NCBI GenBank assembly: GCA_030390025.1
Contig: CM059432.1
Coordinates: 122,886,001-122,950,000, forward strand
Source: Squalus acanthias
Taxonomy: Eukaryota
Direction: 5' to 3'
DNA length: 64,000 nt
Position numbers and translations under genes: made by a program. A model generated the notes under the pieces. It was given only the letters and a program-made list of their open reading frames with translations, searched no databases and was not told the origin of the DNA. Positions 1 to 10,869 of this stretch are shown in pieces. The stretch's first letter is position 1; each line of letters begins with the position of its first letter.

Positions 1-296
1 CACCTCTGAATCAGAAGGTTGTGGGTTCAAGTCTTGAACACAAAAATCTAGGCTGACACTCCAGTGCAGTGCTGAGGGAGTGCTGTACTGTCTCTCGGAT
101 GAGATGTTAAACCGAGGCCCCGTCTGCTCTCTCAGGTGGATGTAAAAGATTCTATAGCACTATTTTGAAGAAGAGCAGGGGAGTTATTCCGGTGTCCTGG
201 CCAATATTTATCTCTCAATCAACATAACAAAAACAGATTATCTGGTCATTATCACAGTGCTCTTTGTGGGAGCTTGCTGTGTGCAAATTGCCTGCC
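1..296 (+). mobile_element. SacSINE1-like Deu-domain SINE, 5' part (interrupted by L2)
   Basis: tRNA-like B box gggttcaagtc; Deu core gatgagatgttaaaccgaggccccgtc...gaagaagagcaggggag; other copies in window. Confidence 0.8.
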
Positions 297-2223
297 ACAA
301 ATTGCCTGGCTGGACCACATAAAGCATTATCGGGTCCTGCTCTCGTCTGCCAAAATTGCTCACTATTCCAGAATCATTCTGGAATGCAAAGATAAACCCC
401 GGCTCCTATTCTCTACTGCTAACCGTCTTCTTAAACCCCTCTCCCCTGTCTCCTCCACCCTCACCTCCGATAACAAGTGTGAGGAGCTCATGGACTTCTT
501 TGTCTCCAAGATTGAGACCATCCGTTCAGCTGCCTCTGCCACTTCCCTTCCTTCCCCTCGCCCACCGGGCCAAACTTCCTCTAAGGTTCCCCCCCTGCCC
601 TAGCTCTGAACTCACATCTTTCTCCAGTTTCTCTCCAATCTCCCCTCATGACCTCTCCGCGCTCAACTTGTCCATGAGACCCACTTCCTGCTCCCTCGAC
701 CCTATTCCCACCAAACTGCTGACCACCCAACTTCCTTTTCTGGCTTCCATGTTAGCTGACATTGTTAACGCTTCTCTCTCCTCAGGTACTGTCCCCCTCT
801 CCCTCAAATCTGCCGTCATCACCCCTCTCCTCAAAAAAACAACCCTTGACCCCTCCGTCCTTGCAAACTACCGCCCCATCTCCAACGTCCCTTTCCTCTC
901 CAAAGTCCTTGAATGTGTTGTGGCCTCCCGAATCCGTGCCCATCTTTCCTGCAATTCCATGTTTGAATCCCTCCAATCAGGTTTTTGCCCTTGGCACAGT
1001 ACCGAAATGGCTCTCATCAAAGTCACAAATGACATCCTTCTCCAACGCCTCTCCACCGTCATCCAGCTGGGACTGCACTCACCTGGTTCCATTCTTATCT
1101 ATCTAATCGTAGCCAGAGAATCACCTACAATGGCTTCTCTTCCCGCTCCCGCATCGTTACCTCTGGTGTCCCCCAAGGATCTATCCTTGGTCCCCTCCTA
1201 TTTCTCATCTACATGGTGCCCCTTGGTGACATCATCCGAAAACACAGAGTCAGTTTCCACATGTACGCTGACGTCACCCAGCTCTACCTCACTACCTCTT
1301 CTCTCGACCCCTCCACGGTCTCTAAATTGTCAGACTGCTTGTCTGACATACGGTTCTGGATGAGCAGAAATTTTCTCCAATTAAATATTGGGAAGACCAA
1401 AGCCGTTATTTTCGGACCCCGCCACAAACTCCATTCCCTAGCCACTGACTCCATCCCTCTCTCTAACATCTGTCTGAGGCTGAACCACACTGTTCGCAAC
1501 CTTGGTGTCATATTTGACCCTGAAATGAGCTTCCGACCACATATCCGCAGCATAACAAAGACCGCCTATTTCCACCTCCGTAACATCGCCCGTCTCTGCC
1601 CTTGCCTCAGCTCATCCGCTGCTGAAACCCCCATGCATGCCTTTGTTACCTCTAGACTTGACTATTCCAACGCACTCCTGGCTGGCCTCCCACATTCTAC
1701 CCTACGTAAACTTGAGGTCATCCAAAACTCGGCTGCCCATGTCCTAACTTGCACCAAGTCCCGTTCGCCCATCACCCCTGTGCTCGCTGACCTACATTGA
1801 CTCCCGGTTAAGCAACGCCTCGATTTCAAAATTCTCATCCTTGTTTTCAAATCCCTCTATGGCCTCGCCCCTCCCTATCTCTGTAATCTCCTCCAGCCCC
1901 ACAATCCCCCGAGATATCTGCGCTCCTCTAATTCTGCCCTCTTGAGCATTCCTGATTATAATCGCTCAAACATTGGCGGCCGTGCCTTCTGTTGCCGAGG
2001 CTCTAAGCTCTGGAACTCCCTCCCTAAACCTCTCCGCCTCTCTACCTCTCTTTCCTCCTTTAAGACGCTCCTTAAAACCTACCTCTTTGACCAAGCTTTT
2101 GGTCATCTGCCCTAATTTTTCCTTATGTGTCAAATTTTTTTTTGTCTTATAATGCTCCTGTGAAGCGCCTTGGGACGTTTTACTACGTTAAAGGTGCTGT
2201 ATAAATACAAGTTGTTGTTGTTG
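297..2223 (+). mobile_element. 5'-truncated L2-clade LINE (degraded RT, 3' UTR, (TTG)n tail)
   Basis: NYRPISN.PFLSKVLE, GVPQGSILGP-type DNA, FHMYADV, FVTSRLDYSN; internal deletion near 1040. Confidence 0.92.
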
Positions 2224-2343
2224 CTGCGTTTCCTGCATTGCAACAGTGACTACGCTTCAAAAGTATTTCATTGGCTGTAAAGTGCTTTGGGATGTCTGGC
2301 AGTTGTGAAAGAAGCTATATAAATGCAAATCTTTCTTTTTTTC
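2224..2343 (+). mobile_element. 3' remainder of the interrupted Deu SINE
   Basis: gcgtttcctgcattgcaacagtgac...ctatataaatgcaaatctttc continues the SINE as in the copy at 31595-31896. Confidence 0.8.
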
Positions 2344-2514
2344 TACAAATGAGCAAAAACTGACCAATAGTTTCAAAAAGTCGACAATTCATAAGCAGCC
2401 TATGACATGCGAAAACAAATAGTTACATAAACTTTTAACTTTTTAAAGTATAGAGCGGCTGCAGAATGCAGCAGGACTTTCCAAGGGATAAGTAAGTGGC
2501 TACATTACTTATAC

Positions 2515-4050
2515 AAAAGCAAAATACTGCGGATGCTGGAAATCTGAAATAAAAACAGAAAATGCTGGAAATACTCAGCAGGTCAGGCAGCATCTGTGGA
2601 GAGGGAAACAGAGTTAATGTTTCAGTTCGATGACCATTCGTCAGAACTGGAACAAGCTGGAGATGGAACAGGTTTTTAAGCAAGTGTAGGGGCAGGGAAA
2701 GGGGGGAGGGGAGGAAAGAACAAAAGGGAAGGTCTGTGAGAAGATGGAAGGCAGGAGAGATTAAGAGACATTAAGAGAGATTAAGAGATGGTGCAAGGCA
2801 AAAGGAGATGGTAATGGGACAAGTTAAGAAACAAAAGATGGCTCTAGATGAAGTGTAAATGGCAATGGCAGAATGAAAGACAGCTGCCATGTGGGAGAGA
2901 GAAAAAAGTATATAATAAATAAAATAAATGGAAAAAAAAGGATGGGGCAGAGGTTATGGTCTGAAATTGTTGAGCTCTATGTTGAGTCCAGAAGGCTGTA
3001 AAGTGCCTAATCGAAAGATGAGGTGCTGTTCCTCGAGCTTATGTTGAGCTTCATTGGAACAGTGTAAGACGCCGAGGTCGGTGAGGTCTGAGTGGGAGTG
3101 GAGCGGAGAATTAAAGTGACAGGCGACCGGAAGTTCGAGGTCACCCTTACGGACTGAACGGAGGTGTTCCGCAAAGCGGTCACCCAATCTGCGTTTGGTC
3201 TCCCCAATGTAGAGGAGACTGCATCGTGAGCAGCGAATACAGTATACTAAATTGCAAGAAGTACAAGTAAATCGCTATTTCACCTGGAAGGAAAGGGGTG
3301 TTGGGGGTGATAGAGGAGTGGACCAGGGTGTCGCGGAGGGAGCAGTCCCTTCAGAATGTTGAAAGGGGAGGTGAGGGGAAGATGTGTTTGGTGGTGGATC
3401 ACGCTGGAGGTGGCGGAAATGGCGAAGGATTATCCGTTGAATGTGGAGGCTGGTGGGGTGAAAGGTGAGGACAAGGTGAACCCTATCGTGGTTCCGGGAG
3501 GGAGGGGAAAGGGTGAGAGCAGAGGTGCGGAAAATAGAACGGACACGGTTAAAGGCCGTGTCAACCACAGTAGAGGGGAATCCTCGGTTGAGGAAAAAGG
3601 AAGACATGTCGGAAGCACGGAAGGTGGCATCATCAGAGCAGATGCGGCGGAGACGGAGAAACTGGGAGAATGGAATAGAGTCCTTACAGGAAGCAGGGTG
3701 GGAGGAAGTGTAGTCCAGGTAGCTGTGGGAGTCAGTGGGCTTGTAGTGAATGTTTGTCAATAGCCTATCCCCAGAGATGGAGACAGAGAAGTCGAGGAAG
3801 GAAAGGGAAGGGAAGAGTCGGAGATGGACCATGGGAAGGTGAGTGAAGGGTGGAAATTGGAAGCAAAGTGAATGAAATTTTCTAGTTCAGGGCGAGAGCA
3901 GGAAACGGCACCGATACAGTCATCAATGTACCGGAAAAAGAGGTGAGGGAGGGGACCTGAGTAGGACTGGAACAAAGAATGTTCCACATATCCCACCAAA
4001 AGGCAGGCATAACTGGGACCCAAGCGGGTTCCCATAGCAACACCGTTTAA
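2515..4050 (-). mobile_element. Penelope-like element, 5'-truncated: RT end, GIY-YIG endonuclease end, pLTR with hammerhead motif
   Basis: MGTRLGPSYACL..FRYIDD, HYKPTDSHSYL, RFAEHLRSV...EQHLIFRLGTLQPSGLN; frameshifted; CTGACGA..GAAA core on minus strand at 2612-2650. Confidence 0.9.
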
Positions 4051-4583
4051 TTTATGGCTAAGTCACTTGCTGCTTTGTCCTGTGAAACACTGGCATATGT
4101 GAGTGAGTTGCGCAAGCATCAGAGGCAAGGGCGGCCTGGTCTCCACCACCTGTCTACTCTCCAGGCAGCGTGACTCTCAGGAATGGGCCACTTGTTCACA
4201 TCTCTGCCGCCAGGGGACACTGGCAGCAATTGCACACAGCAGGAATCCAACCTCAGCCCGTAACGCTGGAGATAGGGCGGGCACTCGCAGATCACCGGCC
4301 GTGTTCCGTCACAATGCAGACTGGCCCCGCCCCCAGACTGAGCCACGCCCAGCCCCAAATTAGCCCCGCCCCTGTCCCGTCACAATCCACCTGGCTCCGC
4401 CCCCACCCTGAGCAAGCGCCCCCTTATCTGTCACAAACCAGACTCGCCCCGCCCCCAACATCGCCTCGCCAGTTGAGCCGTCACAATGCAGAGAGGCCCC
4501 GCCCCGCACTACGCCAGCCCACAGAGAGGCCCCGCCCGCAGTCCGCCCTCCCGCCTTTTGGCCGCACAAACCCGCCAGCAACC

Positions 4584-4592
4584 GCGCATGCG
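4584..4592. promoter_or_regulatory. NRF1-like site (GCGCATGCG)
   Basis: Match to NRF1 core within the promoter. Confidence 0.55.
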
Positions 4593-4629
4593 GTCTACCT
4601 TGCAGGGGAATTCTGGGAGTTGGGCAGGA

Positions 4630-4649
4630 ACTACATCTCCCAGAATGCC
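4630..4649 (+). promoter_or_regulatory. ZNF143/Staf (THAP11-associated) motif ACTACATCTCCCAGAATGCC
   Basis: Close match to ACTACAnnTCCCAnAATGC consensus. Confidence 0.8.
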
Positions 4650-4884
4650 GTGGGGTGCTCTTAAATTTTGACGCTGAATAAAAACAATTGATTCTCTCAG
4701 GGCTCCTGCGGTTCAAGTGAAATGACAGACACGAAATCGTACATCCAGCATTTTCAGTAGTTAGTTGTGAAGTCCTGAGCTCCAATTGTTTGAGCAGTTG
4801 TTGTGTTGCGGATGTTGATGTTTTACCCGGAGCGCATTCCGGGCGGACCCGGCGGGACGGTTCAATCGGCGGAGAGTCTCGGCG

Positions 4885-4915
4885 ATGGACCTGAGAGCGC
4901 TCATCACTAAACTGG
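4885..4915 (+). CDS. RTTN: Rotatin coding exon 1 (MDLRALITKL-G)
   Basis: ATG in CpG island; matches recalled human N-terminus MVLAGLIRKLG; GT donor at 4916, phase 1, joins exon 2 in frame. Confidence 0.9.
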
Positions 4916-4924
4916 GTACAGACA

Positions 4925-7900
4925 GTGCCCCTGTGTACTCGTGTCCCGCGTCAGTGTTTCCCTGTATAATACAGTGTCCCGGGTCAGTGCGGACTGTGTC
5001 CCTGTATAATAGTGTCCCGGGTCAGTGCGGAGTGTGTCCCTGTATAATACAGTGTCCCGGGTCAGTGTGTCTCTGTATAATAGTGTCCCGGGTCAGTGCA
5101 GACTGTGTCTCTGTATAATGCAGTGTCCCGGGTCAGTGCAGGCTGTGTCCCTGTATAATACAGCGTCCCGGGTCAGTGCGGAGTGTGTCCCTGTTTAATA
5201 CAGTGTCCCGGGCCAGTGCGGAGTGTGTCCCTGTATAATACAGTGTCCCGGGTCAGTGCGGATTGTGTCTCTGTACAATCCAGTGTCCCGGGTCAGTACG
5301 GAATGTGTCCCTGTATAATGCAGTGTCCCGGGCCAGTGCGGAGTGTGTCCCTGTATAATACACTGTCCCGGGTCAGTGCAGACTGTGTCTCTGTATAATA
5401 CAGTGTCCCGGGTCAGTGCGGACTGTGTCCCTGTATAATAGTGTCCCGTGTCAGTGCGGAGTGTGTCCCTGTATAATCCAGTGTCCCGGGTCAGTGCGGA
5501 GTGTGTCTCTGTACAATACAGTGTCCCGGGTTAGTGCGGAGTGTGTCCCTGTATAATTGTGTCCCGGGTCAGTGCGGAGTGTGTCTCTGTATAATACACT
5601 GTCCCGGGTCAGTGCGGAGTGTGTCTCTGTATAATAGTGTCCCGGGTCAGTGCGGACTGTGTCCCAGTATAATAGTGTCCCGGGTCTGTGCGGATTGTGT
5701 CTCTGTATAATACAGTGTCCCTGGTCAGTGCGGAGTGTGTCTCTGTATAATACAGTGTCCCGGGTCAGTGTGTCTCTGTACAATCCAGTGTCCTGGGTCA
5801 GTGCGGAGTGTGTCTCTGTATAATGCAGTGTCCCGGGTCAGTACGGAATGTGTCCCTGTATAATAGTGTCCCGGGTCAGTGCGGAGTGTGTCCCTGTATA
5901 ATACAGTGTCCCGTGTCAGTGCGGAGTGTGTCCCTGTATAATACAGTGTCCCGGGTCAGTGCGGACTGTGTCCCTGTATAATACAGTGTCCCGGGTCAAT
6001 GCGGACTGTGTCCCTGTATAATACAGTGTCCCGGGTCAGTGCGGAGTGTGTCCCTGTATAATACACTGTCCCGGGTCAGTGTTTCCCTGTATAATACAGT
6101 GTCCCGGGTCAGTGCGGACTGTGTCCCAGTATCATACAGTGTCCCGGGTCAGTGCGGACTGTGTCCCAGTATAATACAGTGTCCCTGGTCAGTGCTGAGT
6201 GTGTCTCTGTATAATAGTGTCCCGGGTCAGTGTGTCTCTGTATAATACAGTGTCCCGGGTCAGTGTGTCTCTGTATAATACAGTGTCCCGGGTCAGTGTG
6301 GAGTGTGTCCCTGTATAATACAGTGTCCCGGGTCAGTGCGGAGTGTGTCCCTGTATAATACACTGTCCCGGGTCAGTGTGTCTCTGTATAATACAGTGTC
6401 CCGGGTCAGTGCAGACTGTGTCTCTGTATAATACAGTGTCCCGGGTCAGTGCGGAGTGTGTCCCTGTATAATACAGTGTCCCGGGTCAGTGTGTCTCTGT
6501 ATAATACAGTGTCCCGGGTCAGTGTGTCGCTGTATAATACAGTGTCCCGGGTCAGTGCAGACTGTGTCTCTGTATAATGCAGTGTCCCGGGTCAGTGCAG
6601 GCTGTGTCCCTGTATAATATAGCGTCCCGGGTTAGTGCGGAGTGTGTCCCTGTATAATACAGCGTCCCGGGTCAGTGCGGAGTGTGTCCCTGTATAATAC
6701 AGTGTCCCGGGCCAGTGCGGAGTGTGTCCCTGTATAATACAGTGTCCCGGGTCAGTGCGGATTGTGTCTCTGTACAATCCAGTGTCCTGGGTCTGTGCGG
6801 AGTGTGCCTCTGTATAATGCAGTGTCCCGGGTCAGTGCGGAATGTGACCCTGTATAATACAGTGTCCCGGGTCAGTACGGAATGTGTCCCTGTATAATAG
6901 TGTCCCGGGTCAGTGCGGAGTGTGTCCCTGTATAATACAGTGTCCCGTGTCAGTGCGGAGTGTGTCCCTGTATAATACAGTGTCCCGGGTCAGTGCGGAG
7001 TGTGTCTCTGTATAATAGTGTCCCGGGTCAGTGCGGACTGTGTCCCAGTATAATACAGTGTCCCTGGTCAGTGCGGAGTGTGTCTCTGTATAATACAGTG
7101 TCCCGGGTCAGTGTGTCTCTGTACAATCCAGTGTCCTGGGTCAGTGCGGAGTGTGTCTCTGTACAATACAGTGTCCCGGGTTAGTGCGGAGTGTGTCCCT
7201 GTATAATTGTGTCCCGGGTCAGTGCGGAGTGTGTCTCTGTATAATACACTGTCCCGGGTCAGTGCGGAGTGTGTCTCTGTATAATAGTGTCCCGGGTCAG
7301 TGCGGACTGTGTCCCAGTATAATAGTGTCCCGGGTCTGTGCGGATTGTGTCTCTGTATAATACAGTGTCCCTGGTCAGTGCGGAGTGTGTCTCTGTATAA
7401 TACAGTGTCCCGGGTCAGTGTGTCTCTGTACAATCCAGTGTCCTGGGTCAGTGCGGAGTGTGTCTCTGTATAATGCAGTGTCCCGGGTCAGTACGGAATG
7501 TGTCCCTGTATAATAGTGTCCCGGGTCAGTGCGGAGTGTGTCCCTGTATAATGCAGTGTCCCGGGTCAGTGCAGGCTGTGTCCCTGTATAATATAGCGTC
7601 CCGGGTTAGTGCGGAGTGTGTCCCTGTATAATACAGCGTCCCGGGTCAGTGCGGAGTGTGTCCCTGTATAATACAGTGTCCCGGGCCAGTGCGGAGTGTG
7701 TCCCTGTATAATACAGTGTCCCGGGTCAGTGCGGAGTGTGTCCCTGTATAATACAGTGTCCCGTGTCAGTGCGGAGTGTGTCCCTGTATAATACAGTGTC
7801 CCGGGTCAGTGCGGAGTGTGTCTCTGTATAATAGTGTCCCGGGTCAGTGCGGACTGTGTCCCAGTATAATACAGTGTCCCTGGTCAGTGCGGAGTGTGTC

Positions 7901-9400
7901 TCTGTATAATACAGTGTCCCGGGTCAGTGTGTCTCTGTACAATCCAGTGTCCTGGGTCAGTGCGGAGTGTGTCTCTGTACAATACAGTGTCCCGGGTTAG
8001 TGCGGAGTGTGTCCCTGTATAATTGTGTCCCGGGTCAGTGCGGAGTGTGTCTCTGTATAATACACTGTCCCGGGTCAGTGCGGAGTGTGTCTCTGTATAA
8101 TAGTGTCCCGGGTCAGTGCGGACTGTGTCCCAGTATAATAGTGTCCCGGGTCTGTGCGGATTGTGTCTCTGTATAATACAGTGTCCCTGGTCAGTGCGGA
8201 GTGTGTCTCTGTATAATACAGTGTCCCGGGTCAGTGTGTCTCTGTACAATCCAGTGTCCTGGGTCAGTGCGGAGTGTGTCTCTGTATAATGCAGTGTCCC
8301 GGGTCAGTACGGAATGTGTCCCTGTATAATAGTGTCCCGGGTCAGTGCGGAGTGTGTCCCTGTATAATACAGTGTCCCGTGTCAGTGCGGAGTGTGTCCC
8401 TGTATAATACAGTGTCCCGGGTCAGTGCGGAGTGTGTCTCTGTATAATAGTGTCCCGGGTCAGTGCGACTGTGTCCCAGTATAATACAGTGTCCCGGGTC
8501 AGTGCGGACTGTGTCCCAGTATAATAGTGTCCCGGGTCTGTGCGGATTGTGTCTCTGTATAATACAGTGTCCCTGGTCAGTGCGGAGTGTGTCTCTGTAT
8601 AATACAGTGTCCCGGGTCAGTGTGTCTCTGTACAATCCAGTGTCCCGGGTCAGTGCGGAGTGTGTCCCTGTATAATACACTGTCCCGGGTCAGTGCAGAC
8701 TGTGTCTCTGTATAATACACTGTCCCGGGTCAGTGCGGAGTGTGTCCCTGTATAATAGTGTCCCGGGTCAGTGCGGATTGTGTCTCTGTACAATCCAGTG
8801 TCCTGGGTCAGTGCGGAGTGTGTCTCTGTATAATGCAGTGTCCTGGGTCAGCGCGGAGTGTGTCTCTGTATAATGCAGTGTCCCGGGTCAGTGCGGATTG
8901 TGTCTCTGTACAATCCAGTGTCCTGGGTCAGTGCGGAGTGTGTCTCTGTACAATCCAGTGTCCTGGATCAGTGCGGAGTGTGTCCCTGTATAATAGAGTG
9001 TCTCGGGTCAGTGCGGAGTGTGTCCCTGTATAATACAGTGTCCCGGGTCAGTGCGGAATGTGTCTCTGTATAATACAGTGTCCCGGGTCAGTGCGGAATG
9101 TGTCCCTGTATAATAGTGTCCCGGGTCAGTGCGGATTGTGTCCCTGTATAATAGTGTCCCGGGTCAGTGCGGAGTGTGTCCCTGTATAATAGTGTCCCGG
9201 GTCAGTGCGGAGTGTGTCCCTGTATAATACAGTGTCCCGGGTCAGTGCGGAGTGTGTCTCTGTATAATACACTGTCCCGGGTCAGTGCGGAGTGTGTCTC
9301 TGTATAATAGTGTCCTGTGTCAGTGCGGAGTGTGTCCCTTTATAATAGTGTCCTGGGTTAGTGTGGAGTGTGTTCGGTAATGCAGTGACCTGGTGTTGTG
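4925..9400. repeat. ~4.5 kb minisatellite, 40-bp unit CAGTGTCCCGGGTCAGTGCGGAGTGTGTCCCTGTATAATA with 38- and 33-bp variants
   Basis: Directly visible tandem array, degenerate at both ends. Confidence 0.98.
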
Positions 9401-9889
9401 CGAGTATGTCTGGTTATTACAATGTCGTGGTACTGTGTGATGTGTTTCTTGGTGTTGTGCACTGTGTCCCCCAGATGTAATCATATCTCGATATAATGCA
9501 GTGGGAGTGTGTTGGTATTGTAATGTCTCTTCAATGAGCTGGGGATTTTTTTTTGCTCTTTTAAGTATTATTTCATAATTTGCAGGTATATGCAGTTGAA
9601 GACATTTTTAACTTGAGAGTTTTATCCATAAAACTAATCATTTGTTATAGCTGATTTTAATTGCAATGGTTTATTTCAGTTGCTGTAGATCATTGCAGGA
9701 GCCATTTATGTATGCGTATATATGTTTTCAAATCTTATGACTACGCACATCCCAGTCCATAAACATTACTTCCTGTTGACATGATTATTGTCTAACATTT
9801 ATAATAGAAATTTCTATTTAAACAATTTTGATGAGAAAAGTTGGTCAACATTTTCCATCATTGACTGCCACCTTATGAAGATCAACCTT

Positions 9890-10790
9890 AAAGGTCCCAT
9901 CATCCTCTCTCGCCAACCTTCCTACCCAGCTTGCCGTAAGGGCTAAGCTGTCCAACTTCCTTCCTATCCCGCTCATTTCACCCACCACCACCACCCCTGG
10001 GCTCTGCCAGTGGGTCAACAATCATCTCTGCTTTCATTTCCTTCTAGAATGCAAACAAAACCTTTGCCATCCATAATCTTAGAGTCAATGATTTTATTGA
10101 TCTCTTGGCTTTCATTTAAATTTGGCCTATGGGTGACGACATCTTGCCCCTTACTGAAGCCGCCCTGCCGGAAATACTTTCCACCGTTTTCCCTGCCCAA
10201 ACTGCCGTGGTGGAGGAGTGGTCTTTATTACCAAGTCACATCTTGGTGTCTCCTGCTACTCTGGAATCTTCAGCTCCATTGAGCATTTCACCATGTTCCA
10301 CCCCTCTCCTCTCTGCTTTTAAAATCCTTCTTGTCCACCCCTAGTTTCTCCCCAAGATATTCTCCATTCCTTGCTCCTCCGCTTCTGCACTGAGCAACTC
10401 CTCATCCTCCATGATTTCAATTTCCATCTTGGTTCAAGTTGCCCTTTCCTCTAAACTTATTTCCCTTGTTCGCGCCAAACCTCGCCCACCCGCCATCCAC
10501 CTCCTTGACCTCGCCATTTCCCGTGAGCTGTCTAACATGGGCTCAGTCACTAACAAGGTCATTTCAAAGCACTTCCTTATGTCCCTTACCGTCCACATTC
10601 TCCTCCCCCTTTTCAATCACATTTCCTTCTGCATCTGCCCCTGGAATGAAACATCTCTTTTACCGCCCACACCCACCACCCCTCCCCTCCTTAACTTGCA
10701 TAAAACTGTGCTTTCAAACTCCCAAATGCCTGGCCTTTGGTCCTCTTTTCGACACGACACCACTACAGCTGTGTTTTGCTCAGCCAATCC
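9890..10790 (+). mobile_element. Degraded L2 ORF2 5' (AP endonuclease) region
   Basis: Pyrimidine-rich L2-like text; residual ILPLTE, HLLDLAIS motifs. Confidence 0.55.
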
Positions 10791-10869
10791 TTCACCTCCA
10801 TCCTTGGTTGCAACTCGCAAGGTACTTCACAGAGCCAGAGACAAGAAATGGAGACAGTGCCAAAGAAGG

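Larger units (their letters stand above)
4230..4920 (+). promoter_or_regulatory. CpG-island promoter of RTTN with several GC boxes (Sp/KLF)
   Basis: High CpG density upstream of exon 1; repeated CCCCGCCC; no obvious TATA box. Confidence 0.8.

Noticed and set aside
356..1800. Long ORFs (335 aa, 195 aa) as host genes
   Set aside because: Frameshifted L2 reverse-transcriptase remnants with an internal deletion
4103..4785. Pro/Gly-rich ORFs on both strands upstream of RTTN as a divergent gene
   Set aside because: Low-complexity products of GC-rich promoter DNA; no recognisable domain or splice pattern
4965..9350. TATAAT in each repeat unit as a bacterial -10 box
   Set aside because: Eukaryotic intronic DNA; no -35 context; coincidental
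4925..9400. CRISPR array or Cys-rich repeat protein gene in the tandem array
   Set aside because: Units are contiguous with no unique spacers and no cas genes; the ORFs are short translations of the repeat in all frames with frequent stops
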